A stretch of 64,000 nucleotides of DNA from Patescibacteria group bacterium (lineage in GTDB: Bacteria > Patescibacteriota > WWE3 > UBA101185 > UBA10185), in contig JBMORU010000001.1 in NCBI GenBank assembly GCA_049322215.1, forward strand, positions 580,023 to 644,022. The letters run 5' to 3'. The notes beneath the pieces are model-generated. The model had not been told where the DNA came from. It did no database searches and saw nothing but the letters and a program-made list of their open reading frames with translations. Shown here piece by piece: positions 48,731 through 59,365 of the stretch. Positions within the stretch are counted from its first letter, which is position 1, and each line of letters opens with the position of its first letter. Both the position numbers and the translations under genes were made by a program.

Positions 48731-50509
48731 ATGAAATATCACAAAAACAGACTATCACAACCTAAATCATCTAATAAGTTAACTTTTTTATTTGTTGGGG
48801 TTGTTTTTGTTCAAGTTGTGTTTATACTTCGTTTGTTTCAACTTCAGGTTCTTCAGCATGCTAAATATACTGCCTTAGCTAATGATCAACACTGGGAGCT
48901 GCAAGATATTCCAGCTGTTAGAGGTACAATACTAAGCCGAAATGGTTACCCCTTGGCTTCTAATCAACCTTCTTATCTTATGTATGGTAATCCTAAATTA
49001 ATTGAGGATCCTTTATATACGGCAGACGAATTAGCTAAAGTAGTCGCCAAATTAAAATCCAAGTCAGATTCTGAGTTTTTAGAGTTACACACGCATTACA
49101 AAAATAAATACTATGACTATTTACAGTCTGAACACTTTTGGGTGGCTCTAGAAAGAAATTTATCCATAATTGAAAAGACCAAAATCGAAGAAGAGAACTT
49201 AGCAGGTATAGGATTTGAAAAAGGTGCTTCAAGACATTACCCTGAAGGTACCCTCGCAGCACACGTTTTGGGTTTTGTTGCCAGTGATGAATTTGGTGAA
49301 AGACAAGGTTACTATGGCATTGAAGGTAGATTTAATGGAGAGCTTAAAGGGAAACCGGGAAGAATTATAGAAGAGCGTGATGCTACTGGCACACCAATAC
49401 TTGTAGGTGACTTTAAAAAAGTTGATCCAATAAAGGGTAGAGATGTTGTACTAACAATTGATAGGGCAGTTCAGTATGTTGTAGAAAAAAGATTAAAAGA
49501 AGGTGTAGAGAAGTATGGGGCTTTAGCTGGGTCGGTTATAGTCATGAATCCTTTAAACGGTGATGTTTTAGCTATGGCCAACTATCCTACTTATGACCCT
49601 TTAAATTTTAATGACTTTCTAGACACCGAAGAGTCTGACGGTTACACAATTGAACGAAAAAACTTAAGTGTTTCTGAAACATACGAACCGGGATCAGTGA
49701 TAAAAGCTTTAACTGTGTCTGCAGGTATTGACTCCGGAAAAATCACCCCTTATTCAACTTTTGAAGATCTTGGCCCTGTAACTTATTCAGGATATACAAT
49801 TGATAATTGGGATTTAAAGCACCATGGTACTCAAAACATGTTTGATTTATTGAAAAAGTCGAACAACATAGGTTCTGCCTGGGTAGGACATGTGCTAGGG
49901 GCAGATTTATTATCTAAGTATTTTGACTCTTTTGGTTTAGGTACGAAAACAGGTATAGAATTAGAAGGTGAAGATACCGGCATTATTAGGGATTCAGGTG
50001 AGTGGACAGACATTGATTTAGCTACGGCTGCCTTCGGTCAAGGTATTTCGGCAACACCATTACAGGTTTTAAATGCATTTAATGCCTTGGCAAATAGTGG
50101 TAGATTAATGCAGCCACGTATAGTTTTGCAAGTAGTTGAAGAAGATGAAACAATTGATATTGCTTCAAAGGAGTTAGGGTATCCTATTTCTGAAGAGACC
50201 GCAGAGACAATGGTAAGTATGCTAACCGAAGCTGTTGCAGATGGCGAATCAAAGTATTTTAATTTAGAAGATTACAAAATTGCCGGAAAAACAGGTACTG
50301 CACAAATTCCTGTTGATGGTAAATACGACCCAAGCAAAACTAATGTTACTTTTGTTGGGTTTTTACCCACAAGTAGAAGATTTTCTATGTTAGTACATTT
50401 AAATCAGCCATCCTCAAGTATATACGCAGCAGAGACCGCAGTACCTTTGTGGATGCAAATTACTGATGATTTGGTTAAGTACTACGGTGTTCCTCCTGAT
50501 GACATATAA
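48731..50509 (+). CDS. ftsI: Class B penicillin-binding protein (FtsI)
   Basis: RGTI.SRNG, RHYPEG, EPGSVIK, SNN, KTGT motifs. Confidence 0.9.
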   Translation: MKYHKNRLSQPKSSNKLTFLFVGVVFVQVVFILRLFQLQVLQHAKYTALANDQHWELQDIPAVRGTILSRNGYPLASNQPSYLMYGNPKLIEDPLYTADELAKVVAKLKSKSDSEFLELHTHYKNKYYDYLQSEHFWVALERNLSIIEKTKIEEENLAGIGFEKGASRHYPEGTLAAHVLGFVASDEFGERQGYYGIEGRFNGELKGKPGRIIEERDATGTPILVGDFKKVDPIKGRDVVLTIDRAVQYVVEKRLKEGVEKYGALAGSVIVMNPLNGDVLAMANYPTYDPLNFNDFLDTEESDGYTIERKNLSVSETYEPGSVIKALTVSAGIDSGKITPYSTFEDLGPVTYSGYTIDNWDLKHHGTQNMFDLLKKSNNIGSAWVGHVLGADLLSKYFDSFGLGTKTGIELEGEDTGIIRDSGEWTDIDLATAAFGQGISATPLQVLNAFNALANSGRLMQPRIVLQVVEEDETIDIASKELGYPISEETAETMVSMLTEAVADGESKYFNLEDYKIAGKTGTAQIPVDGKYDPSKTNVTFVGFLPTSRRFSMLVHLNQPSSSIYAAETAVPLWMQITDDLVKYYGVPPDDI

Positions 50510-50571
50510 ATTCTAATTTACATAGAATTCTTTTTATTTCGCATTTTCTTTAAAAATAGTATTAGTTTAAT

Positions 50572-50916
50572 ATGAACCGTACTAAAGGCGCTTTTGGGGA
50601 AAACATTGCCAAAAATTATTTGGAATCCTTAGGTATGAAAGTTTTATGCCTTAACTGGACATGCCACTGGGGAGAGTTAGATATTATAGCTAAAGAAGGT
50701 ATTGTTTTAGTCTTTGTTGAGGTGAAATACCGTACTAGTTTAAAGTATGGCCAACCATATGAGGCTCTAACTTATAAAAAGCGAGCAAACTTACAGAGAT
50801 CTATAAATTTTTACTTAACTAAGCAACATGTGCAAATGTGGAGGCTCGATTTTATTTCTATTACTAAACTGCAAGGAAACTATAAAATACTATACTATCC
50901 TAGTTTTCCTCTGTAG
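50572..50916 (+). CDS. yraN: YraN/UPF0102 family protein
   Basis: G..GE..A..YL, GELDIIA, FVEVKYR, RLD. Confidence 0.88.
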   Translation: MNRTKGAFGENIAKNYLESLGMKVLCLNWTCHWGELDIIAKEGIVLVFVEVKYRTSLKYGQPYEALTYKKRANLQRSINFYLTKQHVQMWRLDFISITKLQGNYKILYYPSFPL

Positions 50917-51994
50917 GAGTTTCTTTAGCTTGTGGTATAACTTCTTGTCCTGTAGAGGTTGGTGTGTCTTCATAATTTAAGTCGTTAAGCTTGGCATTCA
51001 AAACTTCTTGAAACTTTTTGTAGCCGTTTTCATTTTCTACCAAAACCCAGGCACCACCATAATCTTCTAAAGGTGGATTATAAAGATATTCACCATCTAA
51101 ATATAAGGATTCAATTTCATAAAGGTCTTTGTCTTTATATAAGTCCCAAAGTAATTTGGCTTTATCTAGTGATAAACTAGTAATCATTTTATTTGTAGTT
51201 ACTAACTTAAAAGCTTCTTCTACAACCATAGGGTTGAAAATGCTTTCAGGGGATGTAACTGCATCGAGCATTCCCTTTAGTATTAAATGTTGTCTTCGCA
51301 TTCTCATCCAATCGCTTCCTTCTCCATTATCACCCTTTCGGCTCCTTGCATATATCAAGGCTCTTTCTCCAGTTAATTTTTCAGCGCCTGCTGTGAATTC
51401 TATTGTCTGATATTCTTTTGTTTCGTCTACTGGATAGCTGGTATCTACGAAGGTTCTTTCTACTGTAACTGGAACTCCTCCCATGGCATCAACTATCCAC
51501 ACGAAATCATCAAAATCTGTATAAATGTAATCGTTAATTGTAAAACCTGTAATTTCTTTTAAGCCTGCCTGAAGACTTTCCCAACCATTTTGTGTAAATA
51601 GCGCATTGATACGCCCACCATTTACCCATAAGTCTCTAGGAACTGAAGTTAGCACAACTTTGTTTGTTTCTGTGTTTGCAGATACTATTACGATTGTGTC
51701 TGTTCTAAAGCCCAGTTCATCTTTACTACGTCTGTCTATTCCTAGTAATACCAAAGTAACTAAGTCATCTGACCCAGTTAAGGGGTTAGTTTCTTCTGGT
51801 AACATTTTTGGTTCTTCTGTTGTTACAGAATATTTTGAAAAAACGTCAACAGGATGTGAATCTTCATTTTTTACAACTGGTGAAAATGTTTGAGTTTGTA
51901 CCTGCTCATTTTGGTTGGTTTTGTACCTTATTGCTGCAAAACCTCCAATAGTTATTAAAATAGCTATTACAAATATGAGAATTGCTGTCTTCAC
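50900..51994 (-). CDS. LCP (LytR-CpsA-Psr) family glycopolymer transferase
   Basis: LLGID.R, RTDTI, SVPRDLWV, VDAMGGV, YARSR, D..R.RRQ. Confidence 0.92.
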   Translation of the reverse strand: MKTAILIFVIAILITIGGFAAIRYKTNQNEQVQTQTFSPVVKNEDSHPVDVFSKYSVTTEEPKMLPEETNPLTGSDDLVTLVLLGIDRRSKDELGFRTDTIVIVSANTETNKVVLTSVPRDLWVNGGRINALFTQNGWESLQAGLKEITGFTINDYIYTDFDDFVWIVDAMGGVPVTVERTFVDTSYPVDETKEYQTIEFTAGAEKLTGERALIYARSRKGDNGEGSDWMRMRRQHLILKGMLDAVTSPESIFNPMVVEEAFKLVTTNKMITSLSLDKAKLLWDLYKDKDLYEIESLYLDGEYLYNPPLEDYGGAWVLVENENGYKKFQEVLNAKLNDLNYEDTPTSTGQEVIPQAKETPTEEN

Positions 51995-52090
51995 AACATA
52001 TAGAATACTTCACTTCACTTCATTGAGCAACCCGCAGCTTTGAATTTCGAAAATGTTGCTTACAAATTCTAATTTATGTATCATTTTCTT

Positions 52091-52495
52091 ATGCACAAGA
52101 TATTAATAGTAGAAGATGACGTAGCCTTATTTAATTTATATAAAACTCAACTAGAACTTAGTGACTATAGTGTGGTTCATGTTGCCGATGGTTCTTTAGC
52201 TATTCAAACAATCAAAAGTGAACAGCCAGCTTTAGTATTATTAGACATAATGCTTCCAGGTAGAAGTGGTTTGGAAATTTTACAAGCCATAAGAGAAGAT
52301 GAGGAGATTAAAGATACAAACGTGATAATGCTAACAAACTTTGGTAATGAGGAAAATGTAAGTACAGCATTGGAGCTTGGTGCTATTGATTACATAATGA
52401 AGTATAAAATAGTTCCTACCGAGTTGGTTGAAAAAATTAGTTCCGTGCTTGGTGGGGCTGAGACAACATCTTCCATTGCAGTAACAAATACATAA
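52091..52495 (+). CDS. Single-domain response regulator
   Basis: ILIVEDD, LLDIMLP, MLTN, DYIMK. Confidence 0.92.
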   Translation: MHKILIVEDDVALFNLYKTQLELSDYSVVHVADGSLAIQTIKSEQPALVLLDIMLPGRSGLEILQAIREDEEIKDTNVIMLTNFGNEENVSTALELGAIDYIMKYKIVPTELVEKISSVLGGAETTSSIAVTNT

Positions 52496-52530
52496 ATAAA
52501 TTTATTTCTAAGGTTGGTTAATATTATTTG

Positions 52531-54255
52531 ATGGACGCTGCCCAATTAATGTATTTTTATGTTGCCTTTGTTCTTACGACCATTTTATGTGTTGTGTTTC
52601 TTTTGCTCTTAATAAAAAGAACCCGCGCCTATAAAGAGTTATCCACTGAGTTTGAAGAGAAAACTTCTAAACTTTCTTTACGTATGTATGAAAGTACTGT
52701 TTTAGCCGAATTGAGCATAAGGTTTGGATATTCTCTAAATTTAGAATTAGTACTTCATACTGTAATTGGTTCCCTCCAAAAAATAATGCCTTATTCTGTT
52801 GCTTCTTACCTACTTTTAGATGGAAAGACCAGTAAATACAGGTTTCATTTACTTGAAAGTGTCCCTAGAAGTTATATTGATTCCTTAAAGGAAAGTATGA
52901 AAAAAGAAATGCTTAGTTTATCTGTTTCTGATATAAGCCAACGTGCCGAAGATGAAGCTATTTTTGGTCAGTTTATTAGCAGTGATGCAAAAGAAGCTAA
53001 AACCTTATTAAATATACCTTTACTTGTTAGTGGAAACGTAATGGGCATTTTAAGTATCTCTTCTACAGAAAAGGCTGCTTTTAGTAGAGGTGCTATTGAT
53101 AGTTTAGAAAATGTTTTGTCAAAGTCAACTGAGGCAGTGACCAACCTGCATGATTTAATTAAGCATGAAAAAGGAAAACTGGAAGCAATGGTTGAAAGTA
53201 TGACCGATGGTGTATTAATGATAGATTCAGAATTTCGCGTTTTGCTATCAAATCCAGCGTGCACAACTTTATTGGGAATTACCAAAAAGTCCAATTCTGC
53301 AGTACTAGACAAAATACTTAATTCTACCCAGGGAATGAAAATTAATGGCGCAAAAGGCTTTAGCATTAATATTTTTGATGTAGTCAGTAGCCTTAATACT
53401 CAATTTCCCGTAGAAGAAACTTTGGCAGAAGTCTTTGAAAAGCAGGAAACTCGTTCTGTATCAAATATCACGGTAAATGATAAGCACTTAAATGTTGTAA
53501 TAATTCCGGTTACTTTAGGGGATGATCAAAGAGGTGTTGGAATACTTATTCACGATCAATCAAAAGAATGGAAACTAAAAAAACTGAGAGAAGAATTTAC
53601 AGCCATGATAGTTCACGAGCTAAGGTCGCCTTTAACGGTTGTGTTAGGAACAGCAGATTTGTTAGAGAAGCAGTACGAAAGACTTAGCAAAGAACAAATT
53701 GAGTTATTATTAGGTCAGGTTAAAACATCTGTTTCAAGTCTATTAGCCATTGTAAATGATTTGTTGGATGCAGCTAAAATTGAAGCTGGAAAGTTTGAAG
53801 TGTTTAAAGATTCAGAACATAATCTAAACGACTTAATTACAGAGGAAGCGAGTTACTACTCAAACTTAGCTTCTGAAAAAGGTTTAACAATAGAACTTCA
53901 TTCAGATAAAAAGCTAAAACCCTTTAAGTTTGATGAAGACAAAATAAAGCAGGTAATGAACAATTTAATTTCTAACGCTATAAAATTTACTGAGCACGGA
54001 AATATTACAATAGCAACAAAAGTTTTGCATGCCCATGTTCAAGTAACTGTGGCAGATACGGGTTTGGGAATTACTGATGAAGAAAAAGAAAAACTCTTTA
54101 ATAAGTTTGTTCAGGTATCTCAAAGCAAGCATAAAGGAACAGGTTTAGGTTTAGTGGTTTCAAAAGGTATTATAGAAGGTCACGGTGGTAAAATATGGGT
54201 TGAAGATAATTTTCCTTCTGGTGCTAAATTTGTTTTTACTTTGCCCTTGGACTAA
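52531..54255 (+). CDS. Sensor histidine kinase (TM-GAF-PAS-HisKA-HATPase)
   Basis: HELRSPL, NLISNAIKFT, DTG.G, GTGLGL. Confidence 0.92.
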   Translation: MDAAQLMYFYVAFVLTTILCVVFLLLLIKRTRAYKELSTEFEEKTSKLSLRMYESTVLAELSIRFGYSLNLELVLHTVIGSLQKIMPYSVASYLLLDGKTSKYRFHLLESVPRSYIDSLKESMKKEMLSLSVSDISQRAEDEAIFGQFISSDAKEAKTLLNIPLLVSGNVMGILSISSTEKAAFSRGAIDSLENVLSKSTEAVTNLHDLIKHEKGKLEAMVESMTDGVLMIDSEFRVLLSNPACTTLLGITKKSNSAVLDKILNSTQGMKINGAKGFSINIFDVVSSLNTQFPVEETLAEVFEKQETRSVSNITVNDKHLNVVIIPVTLGDDQRGVGILIHDQSKEWKLKKLREEFTAMIVHELRSPLTVVLGTADLLEKQYERLSKEQIELLLGQVKTSVSSLLAIVNDLLDAAKIEAGKFEVFKDSEHNLNDLITEEASYYSNLASEKGLTIELHSDKKLKPFKFDEDKIKQVMNNLISNAIKFTEHGNITIATKVLHAHVQVTVADTGLGITDEEKEKLFNKFVQVSQSKHKGTGLGLVVSKGIIEGHGGKIWVEDNFPSGAKFVFTLPLD

Positions 54256-54264
54256 TATAAAGTT

Positions 54265-55668
54265 ATGAAAATCCCTGCCTCTATTTTCAGATCTTATGAT
54301 ATACGTGGTATTTATCCCGATGCTTTAAATGAGGAAAACATTGAGCATATAGGCAAGGCTTTTGGTACTTTTCTGGTAAGAAAAGGGTTAAAAAAAGTTG
54401 TTGTAGGTCGTGATAATAGAGAAAGTTCCCCAACTCTAAGTGAGTCTTTTATTTCCGGTTTGTTAAGTACTGGCTGCAATGTTACTGATATTGGTATTAG
54501 CTTAACTCCTATAATACATTTTTTAACATGTGTGAAACATTTTGACGCTGGTGTTTGCGTAACTGCGAGTCATAATCCTAAAGAATACAACGGGTTGCGT
54601 ATGGACTATGCGAAAGCAGTATCTTTTTATGGTGATGATATAACTAAACTGCGGGATATTGCCTTACGAGAGGATTATGTTACTGGCAAAGGTAGTTTAC
54701 AAGAGGAAAACTTATCTGATTTGTACATAGACTATATTGCTAAAAGATTTAGCTTTAACGGCGTTCGCGTTGCGATAGACTGTGGTAATGGTACCTCGAG
54801 TTATTTTGCAGAGAAAATATTTAGTCGCATTGGTTGTGATGTTAAAACTTTATATTGCGAACCCAATTCTACTTTTCCCTTAGGTGTACCTGACCCTGAG
54901 AGAAAATCATTTATGAATATTTTAGAGGAATCTGTTAAAGAAAATGATGTAGATATAGGCATTGCCTTTGACAACGACGTTGATCGTTTTGGTGTAGTGG
55001 ATGAAACTGGTGTGTCTTATGAAACTGATAAATTGTTATTACTACTAGCTGAATCTGTTCTTGAACACACGAAGGGAGCAACAATTGTTTACGATGTTAA
55101 GTGCACAGGCTTGCTTGAAAAATACATTAAAGACGCAGGCGGTGTTGCTAAAATTTTACGTACAGGACATCCTTATATAACACAAGCTGTACAAGCAGGT
55201 GCACTTTTAGGTGGAGAATTTTCAGGGCATGTGGTTTTTGGTGGACAATATTTTGGCTACGATGACGGTATTTACTCAGCATGTAAAGTTATTGAGGTTA
55301 TGCAAAATAAAGAAAAACCACTATCTGAGCTTATGAGTAAGTATCCAAAGTTGGCGCATACTTCTGAAATAAAGGTACCAAGCCCAGATGATAAAAAGTT
55401 TAAGATTATTGAGGATGTTGTTGCTGCGCTTATGACTACTAAAGAAGTTAGGAGTGTAATAAGTGTTGATGGTGTTAGGGTTAGAATAAATGAAACAGGG
55501 TGGTTTTTAATAAGAGCTTCTAATACTACTCCAGTTTTATCTGTTAGAGTTGAGGGTAAAGACGAAAATGAGGTTAATCAGCTATTAGAAATGGTTAGAA
55601 TAATACTATCTCCTTATGATGACTTAGATGTAACTGTATTAGATCAGGCACAAATTTATTTTTCCTAA
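54265..55668 (+). CDS. Phosphomannomutase/phosphoglucomutase
   Basis: FRSYDIRG, TASHNP, D.DVDR, GEFSGH, RASNT.P. Confidence 0.92.
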   Translation: MKIPASIFRSYDIRGIYPDALNEENIEHIGKAFGTFLVRKGLKKVVVGRDNRESSPTLSESFISGLLSTGCNVTDIGISLTPIIHFLTCVKHFDAGVCVTASHNPKEYNGLRMDYAKAVSFYGDDITKLRDIALREDYVTGKGSLQEENLSDLYIDYIAKRFSFNGVRVAIDCGNGTSSYFAEKIFSRIGCDVKTLYCEPNSTFPLGVPDPERKSFMNILEESVKENDVDIGIAFDNDVDRFGVVDETGVSYETDKLLLLLAESVLEHTKGATIVYDVKCTGLLEKYIKDAGGVAKILRTGHPYITQAVQAGALLGGEFSGHVVFGGQYFGYDDGIYSACKVIEVMQNKEKPLSELMSKYPKLAHTSEIKVPSPDDKKFKIIEDVVAALMTTKEVRSVISVDGVRVRINETGWFLIRASNTTPVLSVRVEGKDENEVNQLLEMVRIILSPYDDLDVTVLDQAQIYFS

Positions 55669-55711
55669 CTTAATGCTTCACCCCTAAGATTGTTTTTGTT
55701 AAACTTATTTC

Positions 55712-58024
55712 ATGAGTAAAAATACTGCCCAAGTGTTATGGTTTTCAGAGATAAACAAAAAAGATATTCCTTTAGTAGGCGGTAAAGGCGCGAATTTAGG
55801 TGAAATGTATAACGCTGATATTCCAGTACCCAACGGCTTTGTTGTTACTTCTCATGCTTATTTCGAATTTTTAAAAGGAACCTCGTTAAAACATAAGATA
55901 CAAACTGAATTAACAGGATTAGATGTTAGTGATGCTAAAAAACTAGCAGCTGCATCAAAAACTATTAAAACAGCGATTTTAGCAGCTAAAATGCCCGATG
56001 AATTGCAAGAAGATATAAAGCTAAACTACCACCGTTTATCGGGTGAGTTTGATCGCAGAGTTGCTGTTAGGTCTTCTGCAACAGCTGAAGATTTACCTGA
56101 TGCATCTTTTGCAGGACAGCAAGAAACCTATTTAAATATTGTTGGTCATGCCGATGTTATTAAGCATGTGCAAATGTGTTGGGCATCTTTATTTGAATCT
56201 CGTGCTATTTTTTATAGAACCGAAAAAGGCTTTAGTCACTTTAAAGTTGGTATAGCTGTTCCAGTTCAATTAATGGTTCAATCTGAAGTATCAGGGATTA
56301 TGTTTACAGTAAATCCTTTAACCAATAGTAGAGAAGAAGTATCTATAGAAGCTGCTTTTGGTTTAGGACAACCAATTGTATCTGGAGAAATTACACCAGA
56401 TCAATTCATTGTAAATAAGAAATCAAAAAAAATAACCAGCAAACATATAGTTAAACAAACATGGCAGTACACTTTAGCTGGTGAAACACCAATTTCAAAA
56501 AAATATCAGGAAATGCAAAAACTTCAGGATGATTTGGTAGTAGAATTAGCCGAGATAGGTATGCATATAGAAGAGCACTACGGGCGCCCGCAGGATATAG
56601 AATGGGCGTACGAAAATAAGAAACTACTAATTGTTCAGTCGCGTCCTGTAACTACTTTAAATGGGGGAGATTCCAGTAAAGAAAAAAATGTTATTGATGA
56701 GGCACATCATGGAAAAGCAATTTTGGAAGGTTTAGGTGCCTCGCCAGGTGCAGCGTCTGGCCCTGTAACCATAGTTAAAAATCCTTCAGAAATCTCGAAA
56801 GTAAAAGAAGGAGATATTTTAGTTGCAGAAATGACAAACCCTGATTATGTTCCTGCTATGAGAAAGGCTTCTGCAATTTTAACTGATAAAGGTGGTAGGA
56901 CATCTCACGCTGCGATAGTTAGTCGCGAATTAGGTATTCCTGCAGTTGTAGGTTCGTCTAATGCAACCACGCTGCTTCGTAAAGGTGAAGTTATAACAGT
57001 CGATGGCGACACGGGCAGAGTATATGAAGGAAACGTGACTGTAAAAGTGGAAGTCAAAGAAACCATAACCTCCTTGGGTGGGGCTGAGGTAAAGACTGCC
57101 ACAAAAATTTATATGAACTTAGCAGAACCATTTTTAGCTGATGAAATGGCTAAACGAAACGTTGACGGTGTTGGCTTGTTACGTGCCGAATTTATGATTG
57201 CAGAAATTGGAACACATCCACGTAAATTTATTGAAGATAAAAAGCAAAAAGAGTTTGTTCATAAATTAGCCGAAGGATTAGAAACTTTTGCAAAAGCTTT
57301 CGAGCCTAGACCGGTAATTTACAGAACTACTGATTTTAGAACTAATGAATACAAAAATTTAAAAGGTGGAGCTAAATACGAAAAAGAAGAATTTAATCCA
57401 ATGATTGGGTTTAGAGGAGTTTCTAGATATTTAGCTGATGATGATGTGTTTAAACTGGAAGTAGAAGCAATTAAACATGTTAGAAATAAGTTAGGTTATA
57501 AAAATCTTCACGTAATGCTACCCTTTGTTCGAACATTAGATCAGTTAAAAGATATGAAGCACCTTTTGTCTACACTGGGTCTTAAGAGAAGTGCCTCATT
57601 TAAGTTGTGGATGATGGTTGAAATTCCTTCTAATGTGCTCTTACTAGACGAATTTATAGATATTGGAATTGATGGAGTATCAATTGGTACAAATGACTTA
57701 ACTATGTTAACCCTTGGTGTTGATAGAGATAATGAAAAAGTTGCAAAAGTTTATACTGAAATGGATCCTGCAGTTTTGAAAAGTTTAGAAATAATTGTAA
57801 CAACCTGTAAAAAGCGTGGAATAACATGTTCTATTTGTGGGCAAGCTCCGTCTGTATACCCGGAGTTAGTAGAAAAGCTTGTGGATTGGGGAATTACATC
57901 GGTTTCTGTAAGCCCTGATGTTCTTGCAAAGACCAGGGGGATAGTTTATGAAGCGGAGAAAAAGTTAGTTTCTAGTAAACATTCAAGTAAATCTTCAAAG
58001 AAGAAAAATACTTCAAAAAAGTAA
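55712..58024 (+). CDS. ppsA: Phosphoenolpyruvate synthase
   Basis: VGGKGANLGE, RSSATAED...ASFAGQ, GGRTSHAAIVSRELG, SIGTNDLT, ICGQAPS. Confidence 0.95.
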   Translation: MSKNTAQVLWFSEINKKDIPLVGGKGANLGEMYNADIPVPNGFVVTSHAYFEFLKGTSLKHKIQTELTGLDVSDAKKLAAASKTIKTAILAAKMPDELQEDIKLNYHRLSGEFDRRVAVRSSATAEDLPDASFAGQQETYLNIVGHADVIKHVQMCWASLFESRAIFYRTEKGFSHFKVGIAVPVQLMVQSEVSGIMFTVNPLTNSREEVSIEAAFGLGQPIVSGEITPDQFIVNKKSKKITSKHIVKQTWQYTLAGETPISKKYQEMQKLQDDLVVELAEIGMHIEEHYGRPQDIEWAYENKKLLIVQSRPVTTLNGGDSSKEKNVIDEAHHGKAILEGLGASPGAASGPVTIVKNPSEISKVKEGDILVAEMTNPDYVPAMRKASAILTDKGGRTSHAAIVSRELGIPAVVGSSNATTLLRKGEVITVDGDTGRVYEGNVTVKVEVKETITSLGGAEVKTATKIYMNLAEPFLADEMAKRNVDGVGLLRAEFMIAEIGTHPRKFIEDKKQKEFVHKLAEGLETFAKAFEPRPVIYRTTDFRTNEYKNLKGGAKYEKEEFNPMIGFRGVSRYLADDDVFKLEVEAIKHVRNKLGYKNLHVMLPFVRTLDQLKDMKHLLSTLGLKRSASFKLWMMVEIPSNVLLLDEFIDIGIDGVSIGTNDLTMLTLGVDRDNEKVAKVYTEMDPAVLKSLEIIVTTCKKRGITCSICGQAPSVYPELVEKLVDWGITSVSVSPDVLAKTRGIVYEAEKKLVSSKHSSKSSKKKNTSKK

Positions 58025-58094
58025 AAATTAATTACTACATCCATTTGTGTATAATGAGTTTAGTTACCTTTATTAACTATATTAAGGAGAGAAA

Positions 58095-58250
58095 ATGGTA
58101 AAAAACGGTAATACTAAAAATGGGGCAGCACCAGATAAAAAAAATCACAAGAGTCAAAAGCGGGTTAAAAAGGTGACACCTGTGCCTCACACGCACTGGA
58201 CTGACTGGTTTAAACAGTACCATCGTGAGAGACAACGTTTGCCCAGGTAG
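58095..58250 (+). CDS. 51-aa basic small protein, absent from the ORF track (stand-alone module)
   Basis: TATAAT upstream, AAGGAGA SD, ORF MVKNGNTKNGAAPDKKNHKSQKRVKKVTPVPHTHWTDWFKQYHRERQRLPR. Confidence 0.65.
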   Translation: MVKNGNTKNGAAPDKKNHKSQKRVKKVTPVPHTHWTDWFKQYHRERQRLPR

Positions 58251-58262
58251 TTCACAAAAAAA

Positions 58263-58301
58263 AAGTGCTAGCTTTGGTCGCCCCGGCAAAAACTAGCACT
58301 T
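58263..58301. terminator. Long hairpin between convergent genes
   Basis: aagtgctag / ctagcactt; A-run upstream gives a U tract for the lexA strand. Confidence 0.75.
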
Positions 58302-58315
58302 CCTTTATATTTTAA

Positions 58316-58939
58316 TTAGTATTTTCTTATTACGCCTGTTACTTTTCCTTGTATTTGCAAATCTCCTGGATTTACATAAATAGGATCCATATTTTGATTA
58401 GCGGGTTGTAAGCGTACTCTATCTTTTTCTTTATAAAATGTTTTTAGTGTTGCAAAATTATTATCAATTAGAGCTACAATAATATCTCCATTGTTTGCTG
58501 TTTCTTGCTTTTGTATTACTACGTAGTCTCCATCATGAATGCCTTCTTCAATCATGGAGTCACCACGAACTTGTAGTACATAACATCGCTTAACTCGTGA
58601 AACTAAATCAGGAGAAACCACAATAGTTTGAGTGCTGTCTTCGATAGCATCAATAGGTTCACCTGCTGCAATGAAACCTACTAATGGAAGCTCTATTCCT
58701 TGTAGGGTTGCATTTACTTTTTCATCTAAAATTTCTATTCCCCTAACAGCTCCTTCAAATCTCTTTATAACACCTTTTTTAACTAGTGCTTGCAAATGTT
58801 CGTGCACTGTAGCTAATGATGATAAGCTCATTGCGTCTGCAATTTCTTGCAATGTAGGAGAGGATCCATTTTTTTGAATATATTGGGAAATAAAGTCTAG
58901 AATTTCTTTTTGACGTTTATATAAAGTAACTGCACACAT
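58316..58939 (-). CDS. lexA: SOS repressor LexA
   Basis: RQKEILDFI...PTLQEI wHTH, AAG cleavage site, GDSM Ser, TLK Lys. Confidence 0.96.
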   Translation of the reverse strand: MCAVTLYKRQKEILDFISQYIQKNGSSPTLQEIADAMSLSSLATVHEHLQALVKKGVIKRFEGAVRGIEILDEKVNATLQGIELPLVGFIAAGEPIDAIEDSTQTIVVSPDLVSRVKRCYVLQVRGDSMIEEGIHDGDYVVIQKQETANNGDIIVALIDNNFATLKTFYKEKDRVRLQPANQNMDPIYVNPGDLQIQGKVTGVIRKY

Positions 58940-58959
58940 AGAAGACCTTTCTAAATAAT

Positions 58960-59012
58960 TTTGGGTTTCTTTTGGTAAAATAAATATACCGAAGAGTTAC
59001 CGAAGATGTCAA
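58960..59012 (-). promoter_or_regulatory. lexA promoter with two putative LexA operators
   Basis: TTGACA-18-TATATT on the - strand; CCGAA-gagtta-CCGAA at 58989-59004 and TTTGG-gtttct-TTTGG at 58960-58975. Confidence 0.75.
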
Positions 59013-59082
59013 CTGCCTAATTAATTTGCTACAATTTTAAAGTTATTGAATACCCGAATATACGCAAAGTAAGGAGATAAAT

Positions 59083-59355
59083 ATGCCAGAGAAGAAATTT
59101 GTGCGAAAACCAGAAGGTAAAAATGAGGTAAAAGGAAAAGTTATAAAGGCGAGTGGAAGACATTTTACGGTTGAAGTTCCAGGGGAAAAAAAGCCTTTGA
59201 TTTGGGCCAATGCTTTTTATGACAGTCATAAAGGTTGTTGGTGGGGTATGGTGAATGATTCAACTGTTTGTTGGTGGGAAGGAAACTATAATGTTGACTT
59301 AAAACCAGCTGTGCACGTGCCTAACATACCTGGTCGTGGCATTTTAGGAGGTTAA
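59083..59355 (+). CDS. Small hypothetical protein, tandem paralog A (OB/IF1-like N-terminus)
   Basis: AAGGAGA SD; shares SG.R.F.V, A.YD...G.WWG..N..T.C.W with the next ORF. Confidence 0.75.
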   Translation: MPEKKFVRKPEGKNEVKGKVIKASGRHFTVEVPGEKKPLIWANAFYDSHKGCWWGMVNDSTVCWWEGNYNVDLKPAVHVPNIPGRGILGG

Positions 59356-59365
59356 AGGAGAAACA

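Noticed and set aside
58077-58289. 70-aa minus-strand ORF in the track
   Set aside because: It is the shadow of the + strand 51-aa ORF, which has the promoter and SD, and it starts inside the hairpin.
1586-59229. Numerous 60-143 aa ORFs antisense to or nested in long genes (e.g. 33117, 36893, 52968, 51129)
   Set aside because: They lie within well-supported CDSs, lack initiation signals and have no recognisable motifs.
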